A stretch of 63,784 nt of DNA, the filler included, from Octopus bimaculoides (Eukaryota): assembly GCF_001194135.2 (NCBI RefSeq). It is 9 parts of 8 records of this genome, joined end to end, with 100 filler letters (N's around TTAATTAATTAA, not from the genome) between each part and the next. Parts side by side here need not be neighbours in the genome. Positions count along the whole stretch, not along the records: positions 1 to 29,762 come from NC_068984.1; 8 more parts are not named here. One strand, written 5' to 3'. Position numbers and translations under genes: made by a program. Under the pieces are notes generated by a model that made no database searches, was not told where the DNA came from, and saw only the letters and a program-made list of their open reading frames with translations. The stretch's first letter is position 1; each line of letters opens with the position of its first letter. Positions 1 through 13,460 of this stretch are shown one piece after another.

Positions 1-329
1 GAGCGCGATCGTTTCCAACTTCGCCTTACTGGCACTCGTGCCGATGGATGCGAACAAAACATTGGACTGACTCCTGTGCAGGTGGCACGTAAAAAAACAC
101 CATTTGAGTGTGGCCGTTGCCAGTACCGCCAGACTGGCCCTTGTGCCGGTAGCACGTAAAAAGCACCCACTACACTCTTGGAGTGGTTGGCGTTAGGAAG
201 GGCATCCAGCTGTAGAAACTCTGCCAAATCAGATTGGAGTCTGGTGTAGCCATCTGGTTCACCAGTTCCCACTCAAATCGTCCAACCCATGCTAGCATGG
301 AAAGCGGACGTTAAATGATGATGATGATG
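1..329 (+). mobile_element. SINE / RTE-derived 3' tail ending in (ATG)n
   Basis: Core ggttggcgttaggaagggcatccagc...gcggacgttaaatgatgatg is repeated at 5.7, 11.7, 20.2, 21.5, 30.0 and 59.6 kb. Confidence 0.85.
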
Positions 330-330
330 A

Positions 331-670
331 AGGCTTTGGTTGGCTCAAAGCTATAGTTGAAGACACTTGCCCAAGGTGTCACGCAGTGGGACTGAATCCG
401 AAACCATGTGGTTCGTAAGCAAGCTACTTACCACACAGCCACTCCTACGACTATGTATATATTTATATACACACGTGTGTGCACATGCACACACACACAC
501 ACACACATACACACACTGTGAGCTTCCACATAGTTTCTGTCTACCAAATTCACTTATAATTCATTGGTCAGCTCAGGGCTATAGTAAAGACATTTTTCCC
601 CAAGATGCTGCACTGTGGGGCAATTCAAAACCAAATGGTTGCAAAGCAAGCTTCTTCACCTCACAGCCAT
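331..670 (-). mobile_element. Two tRNA-derived SINE heads
   Basis: cttgcccaagg...gggactgaa...aaccatgtggtt...ccacacagcc motif, also at 1.5, 3.1, 17.4, 27.0, 57.2 and 58.5 kb. Confidence 0.75.
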
Positions 671-2666
671 GCCTACACCTAACCAAAATTCCTCCCTTAC
701 TTGGGAAAAGAAAGCAATGACGTATTAGCATTTATTTACTGCTTTCAAAAGAAAGCAGAAATAATTTTAAGTAATTAAGAATTAATCTTTCAAATTTTAT
801 TTACATGTTTAAGGGAAGAGAAGTCTGATCTTAGTCAGCAAGGACATAATTATAGACTTATTTTGGTCTATTAGACTTCTTCAGTATAGTATAAGCTAAC
901 ATTGATCAATTGACAAAGATATTTACACATAGAAAAAGAATTATAATTTGCATTTTTTATTTTGATAAATAAAATGATCTAAGGGGAGTAATTCAAATGG
1001 GCCATTGACATAAATTAGTGATGTAGTAAATACCATGTGCAAAGACTTAATTAAAATTTTTCTGTTAGTTGGAGAAACTACCTTAAATTTGTATTTGTTA
1101 TCACCTGTTGTTTTTTTTAAAATTGTAATTGTATCTTTGAAAAGAATGTATACTGAATGAATCTGCATAAATGAACAAGCCAAGTTGAAAACCAAAATCA
1201 ACCTCAAATGTGACATGCCATTACTAGGGCATCTTGTGGTCATTCAATCTGTTAGAAATATCAGCCATATTGCTCTCAGATTAACTCCACTATGTTCAAA
1301 AAAGGACATATTGGATGATGTATCTCTTATCTTGTTTCAGTCATTGGACTGCAGCCATGCTGGATCACTACTTAAAATGTTGTCAAGTGGTTTAGGGAGA
1401 CACACACACACAGAGGCTACTACATAGTTTCAATCTACTAAAACCACTCACAAGTCTTTGGTCAGCCTGGGGCTATAGTAGAAAACATCTGCCCAAGGTA
1501 CCATGCAGCGAGACCACAAGCTATGCTTGTGCCTATATATTCACAAAACAAAAGTTGCATCTGGATAACTGGAATGTTTTTGATCATAAGTCTCCTCAGT
1601 CATGTCTGACCTGAGGCTAGACAACATTGAATAAAATTAGCTAAACATGTGACTATATGGTCACTTGGTCTGCTATAAATGACAGCCAAACCTCCCTCAA
1701 ATCTTACCCCTACTGTCTTAGAAAAGAAGGACCCATAGGATAATATTGCTGTATGTGTACTGTTTGAATGAAAGATGGGATGGTTTCAGCTGAAATACCT
1801 TTCATTGTGGATCTGCTCAATACTATGTGACCTGAGGTGAAACAACAACAACATAAAAAAAATTGTCTTTTTTTTTTTTAAGGATGGTTTCATAGCAATG
1901 GTATTTCCTGCATTCAATGCCTTGCATTCAACGCATGCCTAAAATGTAAACAAATTGAAATTATAAATCAGATTTTAATATATTACGTGGGTGTGTGTGT
2001 GTCTTCTACTGCCATTTGACAACAGCTGTTGGTTTGTTTATGTCCCTGTAACTTAGCAGGCCAGTAAAAGAGACCAAAAAAATAAGTACTGGGGTCAATT
2101 CATTGAACTAAAAGTTCTTCATGGTGGTGCCCCAGCATGGCTGCAGTCTAATGAATGAAACATGTAAAAGATTATAAAAAAAAAAAAAAAAAATGTGCTG
2201 TATTAAGTCTCAGGAGTCATTACTGTTTCATAGTATTGTTCCATTGATATTTTGTGTGAATAGATAATGTTATAGGGGCTGAGTGAGTTGGAATATGCAG
2301 CGGACATAAATTATAAGCCTCAGATGCCTAAATGATCTTAAAGTTTTGGTTGAATAAACTGTGTGGAAAATGTGACAACAGGTGATTAAATTTTTTTTTA
2401 ATATATTTTATGGTTTCATGTTATTGTTCCAGTGTGTTTACTGGTGTGAACAGATAAGATATAGAAAGCAAACAACAGACACGACCTGCATGCTTCAGAT
2501 GCCTAAACAGTCTTAACACTTTTAATACTTTTATTTCATTGTGTAGGTAGTTGATATGTCTGGTATGTGTGCAGCCTGTTATAACATGGAAACCACCACT
2601 TTTTCTTAGATCTTTATAGCTTGTGTCAGAAACAGTATGCATCTTGGCAGAGCCAGCATGTCCATG

Positions 2667-2714
<48 letters not shown>

Positions 2715-2821
2715 TTTAGTCAAATAATGAAAGGCAGTGCTCATGACCCCTCTCAGAGCCTTAGAGACTGGTTGGAGGAATTTATCCAAGCAGTAGTGTT
2801 AAGCTGGGTGATAGATCTTTA

Positions 2822-3219
2822 ATCTTTTAATCTTTTACTTGTTTCAGTCATTTGACTGTGGCCATGCTGGAGCACCGCCTTTAGTCGAGCGAATCAACCC
2901 CAGGACTTATTCTTTGGAAGCCTAGTACTTATTCTATCGGTCTGTTTTGCTGAACCGCTAAGTTATGGGGACGTAAACACACCAACATCGGTTGTCAAGC
3001 GATGTTGGGGGACAAACACAGACACACAAACACACACACACACATATACATATATACGACGGGCTTCTTTCAGTTTCTGTCTACCAAATCCACTCACAAG
3101 GCTTTGGTCGGCCCAAGGCTATAGTAGAAGACACTTGCCCAAGGTGCCACGCAGTAGGACTGAACCCGGAACCATGTGGTTGGTAAGCAAGCTACTTACC
3201 ACACAGCCACTCCTACGCC
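2822..3219 (-). mobile_element. Composite full-length SINE with internal (CA)n
   Basis: tRNA-like head at 3060-3219 plus the tail ...tgactgaaacaagtaaaaga shared with copies at 1.3 and 2.0 kb. Confidence 0.8.
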
Positions 3220-3758
3220 TAGTTCCTATATATTTAGTGTATTGGTGTAGTTGTATAGATTGTATAGATTTTCTGGAGTTAAGATTCTAGTTTGAGTTTT
3301 TGTTGCTATGCCCAAGAAGCTGTATGAAGAAATAATCAGTATGCTGTCAACAGAGAATGATGTATGGTTGCATTAGTAAAGTCGTTCGTGTGAGTGTGTA
3401 GAGGGTGGAGTTAGCGGAACAGAATCTTGTCATTCTTTTTCAGTAGTCATGGATCTTGGAGACTCTGTTGTTATATTAATTGTCAACACGTCTCAAGAAG
3501 TATTTAGCTAATTAAATAGGGTTACATAAACTTCTGAATCTGGAATTAAATCAAAGATTTTACTGGTATCTGTGATTGTTATTTAGTCCCATATCAATCC
3601 TGATCTAGCAGACTTGTAATCAAAAGAATTCTATCATTTTCGTGTATGTGTAAGGGACCCAGAATTACATTATCCAACTTGTTCGTTTACGCAATGTTGT
3701 GATATGATTTGAGAGAGATTTGAGTACTATTTCTAATAGGTCAGTAGACCATATAGAA

Positions 3759-4080
3759 CAGCACTTCACAATCTTTTTTTTACTTGTGAACTCCTTTGAT
3801 TACTATTTTACTTTAGTGGATCCCCATTGCCATTCAATGTCTAAAAACTAGTTTTAAGGAAACTTCTTTCAGAGTTCTTTTTCTGTTTTTCACACATTAA
3901 CCTGTGTAGGTTGAACTATGAAAAACATTAGAGAAAGCAGTCTAGCTGTTTTTGCTATAAATATAGCTAAAGGAAATTTTTTTCATGGACCCTTAATATA
4001 CTACTGTGCATCCCCAATTTTGTATTTTGCTTGTGTGGACCCCCAAAAAACTTATATAGAACCCCGTTTGAGAACCACTG
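3759..4080. mobile_element. hAT-like non-autonomous element
   Basis: Right terminus ttgagaaccactg (CAGTGGTTCTCAA type) with a degenerate left counterpart. Similar termini occur near 4800, 14610 and 35410. Confidence 0.45.
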
Positions 4081-5700
4081 AGGTAAAAGATTTCTCTTGT
4101 TGGGATTGCAGAAATTTGTTGTTAGAATGGTGATTGATTGTAAAGACAGGAAGTTTTTTAATAAACCTTTAGAAATTGTAAGGGTGTTGATAGAGGAGTG
4201 GTGATTTAATTGAATGTAATTTCAGTTGGATGTATTGTGATTAAGTTTGCCCTGGGAGTGGCACAAATCCAAGCTAGCTAAATGAGATGATGAGGGAGTG
4301 GTAGACTTTTAAGCATGTGATTGGTCAAGGTTGAGTTTTAGAGAGGTAGACAACTTGAAAAGTTGTTACAGTGACATAGAAGAAATAGGATTGGGAAGAG
4401 TATTGTAATTATAGAATGTATTCAAGGGAAAACAATAAGAAGTGAAAGGTTATAGATCAGACTGATGAATAATTTTTTAAAAATAAAAGTAAAAAAAAAA
4501 CATAAATAAATTTCTAGTGTATTAGTGTTGTAAAAAAAAAAAGGGCTACTTGTGTCCTGCTTTCACATGCTACTGAGGTTACTATAAAATAAAATAAAGT
4601 ACCAATCAAGTCCTAGGATCCATGGCAATGAGTAACCCATCTCCTTAAATCGAGAACCTTGTGCCTAAACCAGAGACTATTATTAAAAGGACTATATCTC
4701 TTCTCAATAAATTTGTACTAATTGTATTGTTAACAGGTTTGCTTCATAGCTGCATAGTTTGGAGTTCAATCCCACTACGCAAGGGTAAAAAGGTTGAGAA
4801 ACACTGGTCTGCAGGCTTAATCTGTCAACCAATTTAACACCACTAGCTGGCCATGGGATGCCTTTGGCAGAGTTTACTCTGCCAAAGTATTCTCTCCAGA
4901 TCTCGTCTGGAGGAAAGAATTGCAGGCATTGAGCTTTCACCTGTGTAACTTAAATAAAAAATAATAATAATAGCTGTAGTTTTTATTTGTTGCAATTGCA
5001 ATAAATTATTTTAATCACAAGATATTTGTATTAGCCACAAGATTTTGCTTTCCAGACGGAACTGTATAAGGAAACCTTCTCTTTATATGCTACGGCTACA
5101 CTGGGCTAAAAAAAGACATTTAACCCTTTAGCATTCACATTATTCTGCCAGAAGTAATTCTTATTTATTCACAGTTTTGAATTAATCATGCATTATCTCA
5201 TAGCTTAGAAATTTTGATGCAGTAACTGTTAATTTTTAGAATGATGTTGTATGATCGGTGTGAGAGACATTTAACCAGTTTGAAAACAGGTAGAATATTT
5301 CGACTGGATATGGCTGGTTTTAAATGCTTAAGGGGTTATATCCTAGAAATAGTTAATTGCATTAATCATATAATTAATTACGTTAATCATAGCATCAAGG
5401 GTGATGTTTTGTTTTTTTGTTGCTTTTTTTGTAGGGAATATGTTTGTAGTCCAAAGTGCAAGCACAGTGCTCATGATTCTTGGTATGAGAAACTGAATAT
5501 CTGCACTAAATAGTTACAATAGAATGGACTCTACTAAAGTTTAGATTATGATATTAAACTGGACAATGATTTTTGCTAAGAGCAAGGTGTAGGTGGCAGT
5601 ACTGGAATTAAGGGAGGGATAAAAGTTGTGTTATGAAATATTACTGTTGCTAGAAACCAGATCTCTCTCACTGAGCCAAGGGTAGAGGATTTTACATAGG

Positions 5701-6230
5701 TATCATCATCATCATCATCGTCATTTAACATCCGCTTTCCATGCTAGCATAGGTTGGACGATTTGACTGAGGACTGGTGAAACCAGATGGCTACACCAGG
5801 CTCCAATCTGATTTGGCAGAGTTTCTACTGCTGGATGCCCTTCCTAACGTCAACCACTCAGAGAGTGTAGTGGGTGCTTTTACGTGCCACCGGCACGAAG
5901 GCCAGTTAGGCGGTACTGGCAACGGCCACGCTCAAAATGGTGTATTTCATGTGCCACCCGCACAAGAGCCAGTCCAGGGGCACTGGCAACGATCTCGCTC
6001 GAAAGTCCTTACACATGCCGCAGGCACAAGTGCCAGAAAGGTGTCGCTGGGCACAGATGCCATCACAATTTCGCTTTCGCTTGCTCCAATAAGTCTTCGC
6101 AAGCTGAGTTTCGTGTCCAATGAGGGAGATGACATTGGCATGGGTGTCAGTCGTCAAATTTAACTCGATTTCGATTTCACTTGCCTCAACAGGTCTTCGC
6201 AAGTGGAAGTTTAGTGTCCAATTTAACTCG
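5701..6230 (-). mobile_element. SINE / RTE tail copy with internal duplication
   Basis: Reverse-complement match to 1-329 and 29863-30140; begins with (ATC)n. Confidence 0.85.
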
Positions 6231-6803
6231 ATTTCAATAAGAATTATATAATATGTATGGATACTTCTGGACTGTACGTACACTAATTAGATAATTATAA
6301 TCTACTGGATATGCAATGTTAATCTGTTAAAAAAGACTTGGATAGCAGAAACAACAGAGTACCTTAACAGTGTTTAGTTATGAACCTTTATGTTCTATGT
6401 TCAAATCTCACTGGAGTTGACAAAGAAAATAATTACCAGTGAGCTACTGGGTTTTGATTCAATTGACTATATACATTATTGCTCACAAAATATGTGGCCC
6501 TCTGCTAAATTTACTAATCAAGCACTGGGGTTCATTCAGCTGATTATATTTACTATTAAGAAATATGCAGTCCTCTGCTAAAATTACCAGTTAGGTACTA
6601 GATTTGATTCAACTGACTTTTATTTTACATTATTACTCACATTATTGTTGATGCTATTTTTGCAGCAAGAAATATGAGAAATTTTAACTATCATAATGCT
6701 AATTTCTCAGTTGTTTAACTCTAATTTACAAACTATTTCTGTCATATCAAAAAAATTACTATTTGTAAATCTCACAATGAGAGATATTCAGCAACAGTAC
6801 TTT

Positions 6804-7212
6804 GGAGTAAAGATTATTTGCCAACATAACATGGCAGTCCTGGTTTAGGACGAATATTGCTGTAATTTAGCCCCAGGAGACATCATCACCAGCTGGCTAT
6901 ACGCCATGATCTGTGTCCTTATATTTTTGAACAAGGGAATCTAGCACCCCCACTCAGCTCAAAACAATATCTGTGTATTGCGATTTTCGGGTTATTTCCC
7001 TTCTGAGCTGATGAAGGGAAATAACCTGGAAATCGCAATACACAGGTATTGTTTTGAGCTGAGTGGGGGTGCTAGATTCCCTTGTTCAAAAATATAAGGA
7101 CACAGATCATGGCGTTTAACCAGCTGGAGACAGTGTCTCCTGGGGCTAAATTACAGCAACATTCGTCCTAAACCAGGACTGCCATGTTATGTTGGCAAAT
7201 AATCTTAACTCC
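6804..7212. mobile_element. Near-perfect foldback element (about 200-bp arms, 9-nt loop), Penelope/retrozyme-like
   Basis: 6804-7003 is the reverse complement of 7013-7212, and a hammerhead spans the apex. The arms share motifs (ggcagtcc, atttagcccca, ctgtgtcctt) with the 17.6/17.9 kb repeats. Confidence 0.8.
7003..7045 (+). ncRNA. Minimal type-I hammerhead ribozyme motif (slightly decayed) at the hairpin apex
   Basis: CTGAG CTGATGA AGG-GAAATAA-CCT G GAAA TCGCAA TA CACAG. Stem I has 4 of 5 pairs; stem III is near the palindrome TTGCAA. Confidence 0.6.
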
Positions 7213-7441
7213 TATTTCTGTCATGATTTACTACTTATCAACAGGCTGTCTAATGTGTCATAACTTGTTGTCATCCCCCAGATAAGTAGCTCTCCGTTTA
7301 CAGAAATACTGTGTTATATAGAGTTGATAGGTTAATAGTTCAACTTTTTTTTATGTGTCTATTAAAAGCTTTTTTACTTCAGTTTCTCAATTAAGTAATT
7401 TTCTGTATTTTTATAATATCTTTTCTTTTTTTTATTTGCAG

Positions 7442-7520
7442 CTCCTTTTTTAAAAGCTGATTTGTCAGCTCATGTTACATGCAAAAAGGATATAGATAAT
7501 AGCTTTCCATATTCAGAAAC
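7442..7520 (+). CDS. ASPSCR1: Internal coding exon of TUG/ASPSCR1-like UBX-domain protein (xPFLKADLSAHVTCKKDIDNSFPYSE)
   Basis: Long polypyrimidine tract ...tttatttgcag acceptor and gtaagt donor at 7521. Open in phase 1 to phase 2, and the phase joins correctly to the 15074 exon (AC|A = Thr). Confidence 0.7.
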
Positions 7521-7861
7521 GTAAGTGATGTTTTTGAAAATATAAATTTATGATTTAAAATTTGTTGTTATGATTTACATCCTTAGTCATTAGATCCTCG
7601 TCAATTATGAACTCTAAATGGTTAGATCTCAATTATCTGAAGGAGACAGGAAGGGAGTATTCATTTTGGATAACTGGCATGATCATATACAAAAACAAGA
7701 CATTCAACATAATTACATAAAGTGTCTCTTTACAGAGTTCCTATCATTGAATTGATAAAATGTATACTTACATTAGACATTACTTAAAAATTCATGTTAC
7801 AAATAAATTACCATTCTCTGCTTAAATAAAAAATATGGAATTGAAGATTCAAGGCAGCATG

Positions 7862-7960
7862 GTTGAATGCATTTGTATCTGCATGCATGCATTCATGCAA
7901 GATGCATGCATGCATGCATTCATTTGTATCTGCATGCAAGAATGCATTTGTATCTGCATA
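7862..7960. repeat. (ATGC)n-based minisatellite with three gcatttgtatctgcat-like units
   Basis: Directly visible. Confidence 0.85.
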
Positions 7961-8189
7961 AGTTCATAGATTTTGGCACTGCTTGGTTTTATGTAAATAA
8001 TTCTTTGGGGTAGAAGTTGGTCATTGTTGCTTGAGGTAGTTTTGCCCCTTAAAATAACCGAGATCAAAGTGGTAGAGTGACCAATATGCAGGACTTTTAT
8101 AATGATTATAAACTAAAGATGGGATCATCACACAACTGTAAAACCTCTTTATATAACAATTAGCTTATAACAGAGTATGAAAATATTGG

Positions 8190-8625
8190 TTTTAAATTTT
8201 GGCACAAGGCTGGCAATTTCAGGAGAGGGGCTGAGTCAGTTACATCAACCCCAGTGCTCAACTGGTACTTATTTTATTGACCCTGAGAGGATGAAAGGCA
8301 AAGTTGACTTAGGTGGAATTTGAACTCATAACATAAAGACAGACAAAATACTGTTAAGCATTTTGCCTGGGACGCTAACAATTCTTCCAGCTCCAGCTCA
8401 CTGCATTACTGTTTCAAATTTTGGTACAAGGTCAGCAATTTTGGGTGAGGGGCTAAGTCGATTACATTGACCCCAGTACTCAACTGGTACTTATTTTAGC
8501 AATCCCAAAAGAATGACAGGCAAAGTTGGCCTTGGCAGTATTTGAACTCAGAATATAAAGACAGACAAAATGCTGCTGAGCCTTTTTCCCAGTGTGCTAA
8601 CAATTCTGCCACCTTGCTGCCTTCA
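8190..8625 (-). mobile_element. Two tandem copies of a SINE (aaattttggcacaagg...aggatgaaaggcaaag...gacgaaatac family)
   Basis: 8190-8400 matches 8410-8625. Same family at 34375-34560, 40005-40200 and 62225-62540. Confidence 0.8.
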
Positions 8626-11600
8626 GAGTATAAAAATATTTGCAGTCATTCACTGTCTTGTCAGCACCCATCCCCCTCTAGATAGCAATAGTAATGACCA
8701 CATTCATTAGGGACTGTAAACATTACTTCAATATAGCATAGCTGTCTTATTCAACTTTTCTCTATTTGCTCATAGTCATTCCTCCTTTTCACTCATCTCT
8801 TTTCCTTGACATACCAACTGGACAATATCAAGTTGAACTACCATATCATACTTAGAGTCAAACCTCTGTTACTTCAACAATGGATAATCTGAAATTAAGA
8901 TAATTGACCTTTTACCCTTCAGATTTCTCTGTCAAATGTAAGGTAAGGGTGAGAGACCAGATATAGCCAGTTTGAACATAAAACTGGTAGAATATTTTGG
9001 CCTGATATAGCCAGTTTAAATGCTAAAGGATTAATATCTCAAGCTACTGTGAACATTTAGTTGAGTTTAGATTACTCTGTGTAATTCCAAACTCAGGGAT
9101 AATTTCCGTAATTTGAATTTGTCATTAATTATTGTAAACAAAATACAAAATGGTGGTGCCATTATTACTGTCAAGATTGGGTTACATGGTGTAGCTAACT
9201 AAATGTTCATGGAAACTTAAGATATTGTTCAGATAACAGGTCTGGTATGGTAGTTCAAGTCAATATTGTCCAGTTGGTGAGTCAAGGAAAAGGGTTGAAT
9301 AAAAGGGAGGAATGGCTTACAGCCAAAGGAAAGAAGTTGAATGAGACTGCTATATTGAAGAATGTTTGTAAACCTTGATAACTGGTTATTAGTGTTGCTA
9401 GCTGGAAGAGGTGAGCAAATACTAACAAAACTGTATCAGGCTGTCAATATTTTTATACTCTGTTATCAGTTTATTGCTTGGTCACTACGGCATTTATGTT
9501 AATCAAACTGTGTCAACAAAGAAGGCCTACCACTATAATTGGTGCAGTGTGTATGCTCCAGCCTGCTCAAATGGTACAGTATAATCTTCCACTTGACATA
9601 CAGCATATTTCTAAATATGGTGCAGTGTTCAGTGAAATGAGAAATTTATCTTGTTATATTTTATTTTCAAATCATATTTTGTTTTTCATTTTCCAACCAA
9701 TATCATCATAATTTTAGTCCTCATAGGTAGCAGAAGAGTTTTAGTATGTAGATTTTATAATGCCTGGATAAGCACATCTTCTTCAGTCATATGGCTTTAC
9801 AGCCACTCTATTGTGAGGGCTTCTGAGGTGGGGGACTGTATTAAAATTAACCTCAAACAGCTGAGTATGTAGCTGTAGTTTTAAGATACATCTTTTGGAT
9901 GCTCTGGGATGCATTGTCAGTGATGTTTTCAGAGTCTCAGAGAATTTCAGGTCTTCCAACATCAGACCCCTCATCTAGTTGATTCAACCAGAGTTGATCA
10001 AGTCCCAGCTTGCATCCCTATAACAGCAAACCACTGATCTTTATCCAAGCTACTTCATGGCCTTCACTACAGCTTCAGTGACAGAATTTATAGCCCTCCT
10101 CTTAGTAACCAACTATCATTGACTTTGTCACTATAGAATCTTTGATACATAATTCTTTGCTGAACCAAGGATCTCGTCCTTGGTTTGCATCAGAATGAAG
10201 CAGGATTATAATGGCAAAGGGTGCTGGCCAGCTTTATTTAACCAAATCACCATCTCTCTTACCTACATAAGAAAAAGATCTCTTCAGTGAACATATAATC
10301 CATAATCTCAAAATGTTAGATTCAGTCAGTATGTTCACAGCCTCTAGTTTTGTCTTTCAAGCACATACATCCCATCATAAATTTATAAAAACCTGTAGCA
10401 GTGCTGTGGTTGAGTATAACTCTAATATTCACCTTATTCACACATGCTCTAATATTTAAACTAATAACCCCCACAAAAAATGCTGACAAAAATTTCCTGA
10501 ATTAACTACCGGCACTGGTGTACCATTATCACTAGATTTTCTGTGGCACAAATTTTGTCATTGACTACCAATCAATGTTTTTGATAGATTTCCAATGCTT
10601 TCTCAAGTAAAATTCAGTCTTTTTGTTTTGGTTTTTTTGGGGACCATTTTTTTAACTTCTAAAAAAATGGTATGCAGTTATTCTTAATGTCTTGTGTGAA
10701 ATTTGTTCCTTGATATTCTGATTGTCTTTGTTGGGTTTAGAACAATTTTTTCTCAATGTTAAACAACAAAAATAGCGGATTGGCAGAATTGTTAAATTCT
10801 TAGGTCAGTTTAATTAACTTCACTCTAATCTCAAATTTATGGCCATGCATCATTGTTAAAAAATCATTATATAAGAAATCAGTGATCTGTGGAGTGATAG
10901 AAAAGGCAGGGTCAAGCTAACTATTTTGCCATATTTAGCTTTATCCTTCCATGTTCTGAGTTCAAGATCCAATGTGGTTAATTTTGATGTATTTCTCTAG
11001 AGTTGATAAAAGAAATAACAGTGAATTCAACTCTTTTTCCCTATTAATTTGTGGCCTTATTACCAATGAAGGCTTGTCCTTTATAGAATAAGTCTAGATA
11101 CCTCACAAATTTATTCTATTAATAAACATGTATGTTTCACAGAAGATAATTAAAATTTAAACTACAGCAATCTTTGTTTTGACAACAATCATTTTTCAGA
11201 GTCTCTGAAATTGGTTGGGGATGGACTGTTAAATAAAGGCGACAAATGTAATAACAAAATATGATGGTTGCAACTAGAATGCTTTTGATCATAAGTCTGT
11301 GTAATCAAATCTGACTGGGAAGTTAAACAACAGTCAATGATACAGCAACACACCCATTACTGACCTCAATCTTAATCACCCCTTCTCTCTCTCTGACTGA
11401 ATAACTTCTGTTGCTCTGTCAATGATACAGCAACACACCCATTACTGTCACACTCTAACCTTTCATCATCTGATGTACAAGATCACCTCCAATGCTACGT
11501 CCCCTCTCAAAGGATCTTTGTCTTGTTGATCCTACCAGTGTTGGTACCTCATAAAAAGCATCCACTGCACACTGTAAAGTGGTTGGCATTTGAAAAAGCA

Positions 11601-12865
11601 TCCAACTGTAAAAAAAAACATGCCAAAACTGACCTCACCTGTGCTGGTGCCACATAAAAAGCACTCAGTCCACTCTGCAGGTTGGTTAGTGTTAGGAAGG
11701 GCATCCAGCCATAAAAACCATGCCAAAACAGACAGTGAACCCTGGTGCAGTCTTTTGCTCCTACGAAACCTTGCAACCCATGCCGGCATGGAAAGTGGAC
11801 ATGGTGATGTTAATGATGATGATGAGTTGCTAGTATGTTGGAGATAAGTGATTTTAAAAACCCACACAATCCATTTTGACATTAAAAATGCCCCCCACCC
11901 CCCAAAAAAGGTTACAATTTTCTTTAAGAATAGGAAGATAAATGTTTGTGATTGTGAAAAAACAATATTTATTCATATTAAGATATAATTTGTTTAGTAA
12001 CTAACAGAAAACTATTTTTGAAGTCTATCAATTCTGTTAAAATTTGGCTACTGTTTCAACATAGAAAAACTGTATAATTCTCAGATATTCCTGTAGAATC
12101 AGTGATAAATATTCTTTGAAAAAGAAGAAATAAACAGACCAAAACTTTTTCACTATTCCAATTCGAATTTGTTGAAAAAATAAAATTGGAATGTGGTTTA
12201 TTTATATAATCTAAACTGACAATTATTTTAGCCTAGGATAAAATTAAGATTCCAATGAAAAACAGGTTCAAATAATTATGAAAACAAAAGTTCTGTTAAC
12301 AAAATAAAAGGAAGGGCTAGATAGTTCTTCACAATTTTGTACATCTAATATCATTTACATTAAAATTTGAATAAAAATTTACAAAAGTATGAATTAACAA
12401 AGTAATGAATGTCTGAAACCAGCTGACTGTAGCTTATGAACTTAAGCAAATATAAGACACAGTACTTGTTAGATTAACACTTTAGCATTCATTTTACTTT
12501 GTCAAATGTAATGCTTATGTATTCACATCATTTAAAATTAATCATGCATTATTTCATAGCTTTGAGATTCCAATGATGTGATTGTTGATGTTTAAAATGG
12601 CACTGTACAGTAGGTGTGAAAGGCCAGATAGGACCATTTGGAGATAAAACAGGCAGAATATTTTGGCCAGATATGGCCAATTTAATTTAAAAGGGTTAAA
12701 TGGGGGGCAGAATGAATGTCCAGCCATAAAAGAAAACACCACTTTCAAAAGTCAGAATTTGACAACTAAGACACAGATGTTTGAACATTGGCAATTTGGT
12801 AATGCTGACTGGACATTGAACTTGTTTTGCTGACTGCTCTTTGATACTGGAAAACACACACAGAA

Positions 12866-12900
<35 letters not shown>

Positions 12901-13460
12901 TATACACATACAGTAAGTGAGACATTACAATTTATTAATTGAACACAACTGACCAAAAACACTTTCCCTTCTCCTTGTACACATAAGGAGAAATATATTC
13001 ACTCACATAAACAAGAGAGACATAAAAACATCTGGTGTCAAAATAAGTCTGCTTCAAATCAACACCAGACAGGTGGCACCAAACAGATGCACCAACCCTT
13101 TAAAGGATACCAGCATTCCAGAGTAGATCTACAAGAAAAGTGAAAAAATATTAAGAGTAAAGCATGAAAAACACGTTAAATGTTGATGATAATGAAATTT
13201 AGTTTCAGTTTCTTGTTGGTTAACCACCAGATCAGTCTTGATTCAGTAGACTTATGATCAAAGACATTCCAATTATGACAACCCATTTTTCCTGTTAGGT
13301 GGGGGTCTCTCCTTATCAGATAACATACCTTAGTCCAGAATTTCTTAACTGAGGTCCATATAAGATTTTGTTGTTAAAATTTATGTGTAATAATCTGGTT
13401 ATATTTATACAGCACACAAAATATTTTAACAATTTTTTTTAAAATACAATTTCTAATATT

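Noticed and set aside
5777-6163. 128-aa ORF and similar ORF at 29815-30072
   Set aside because: Antisense reading of a high-copy SINE/RTE tail.
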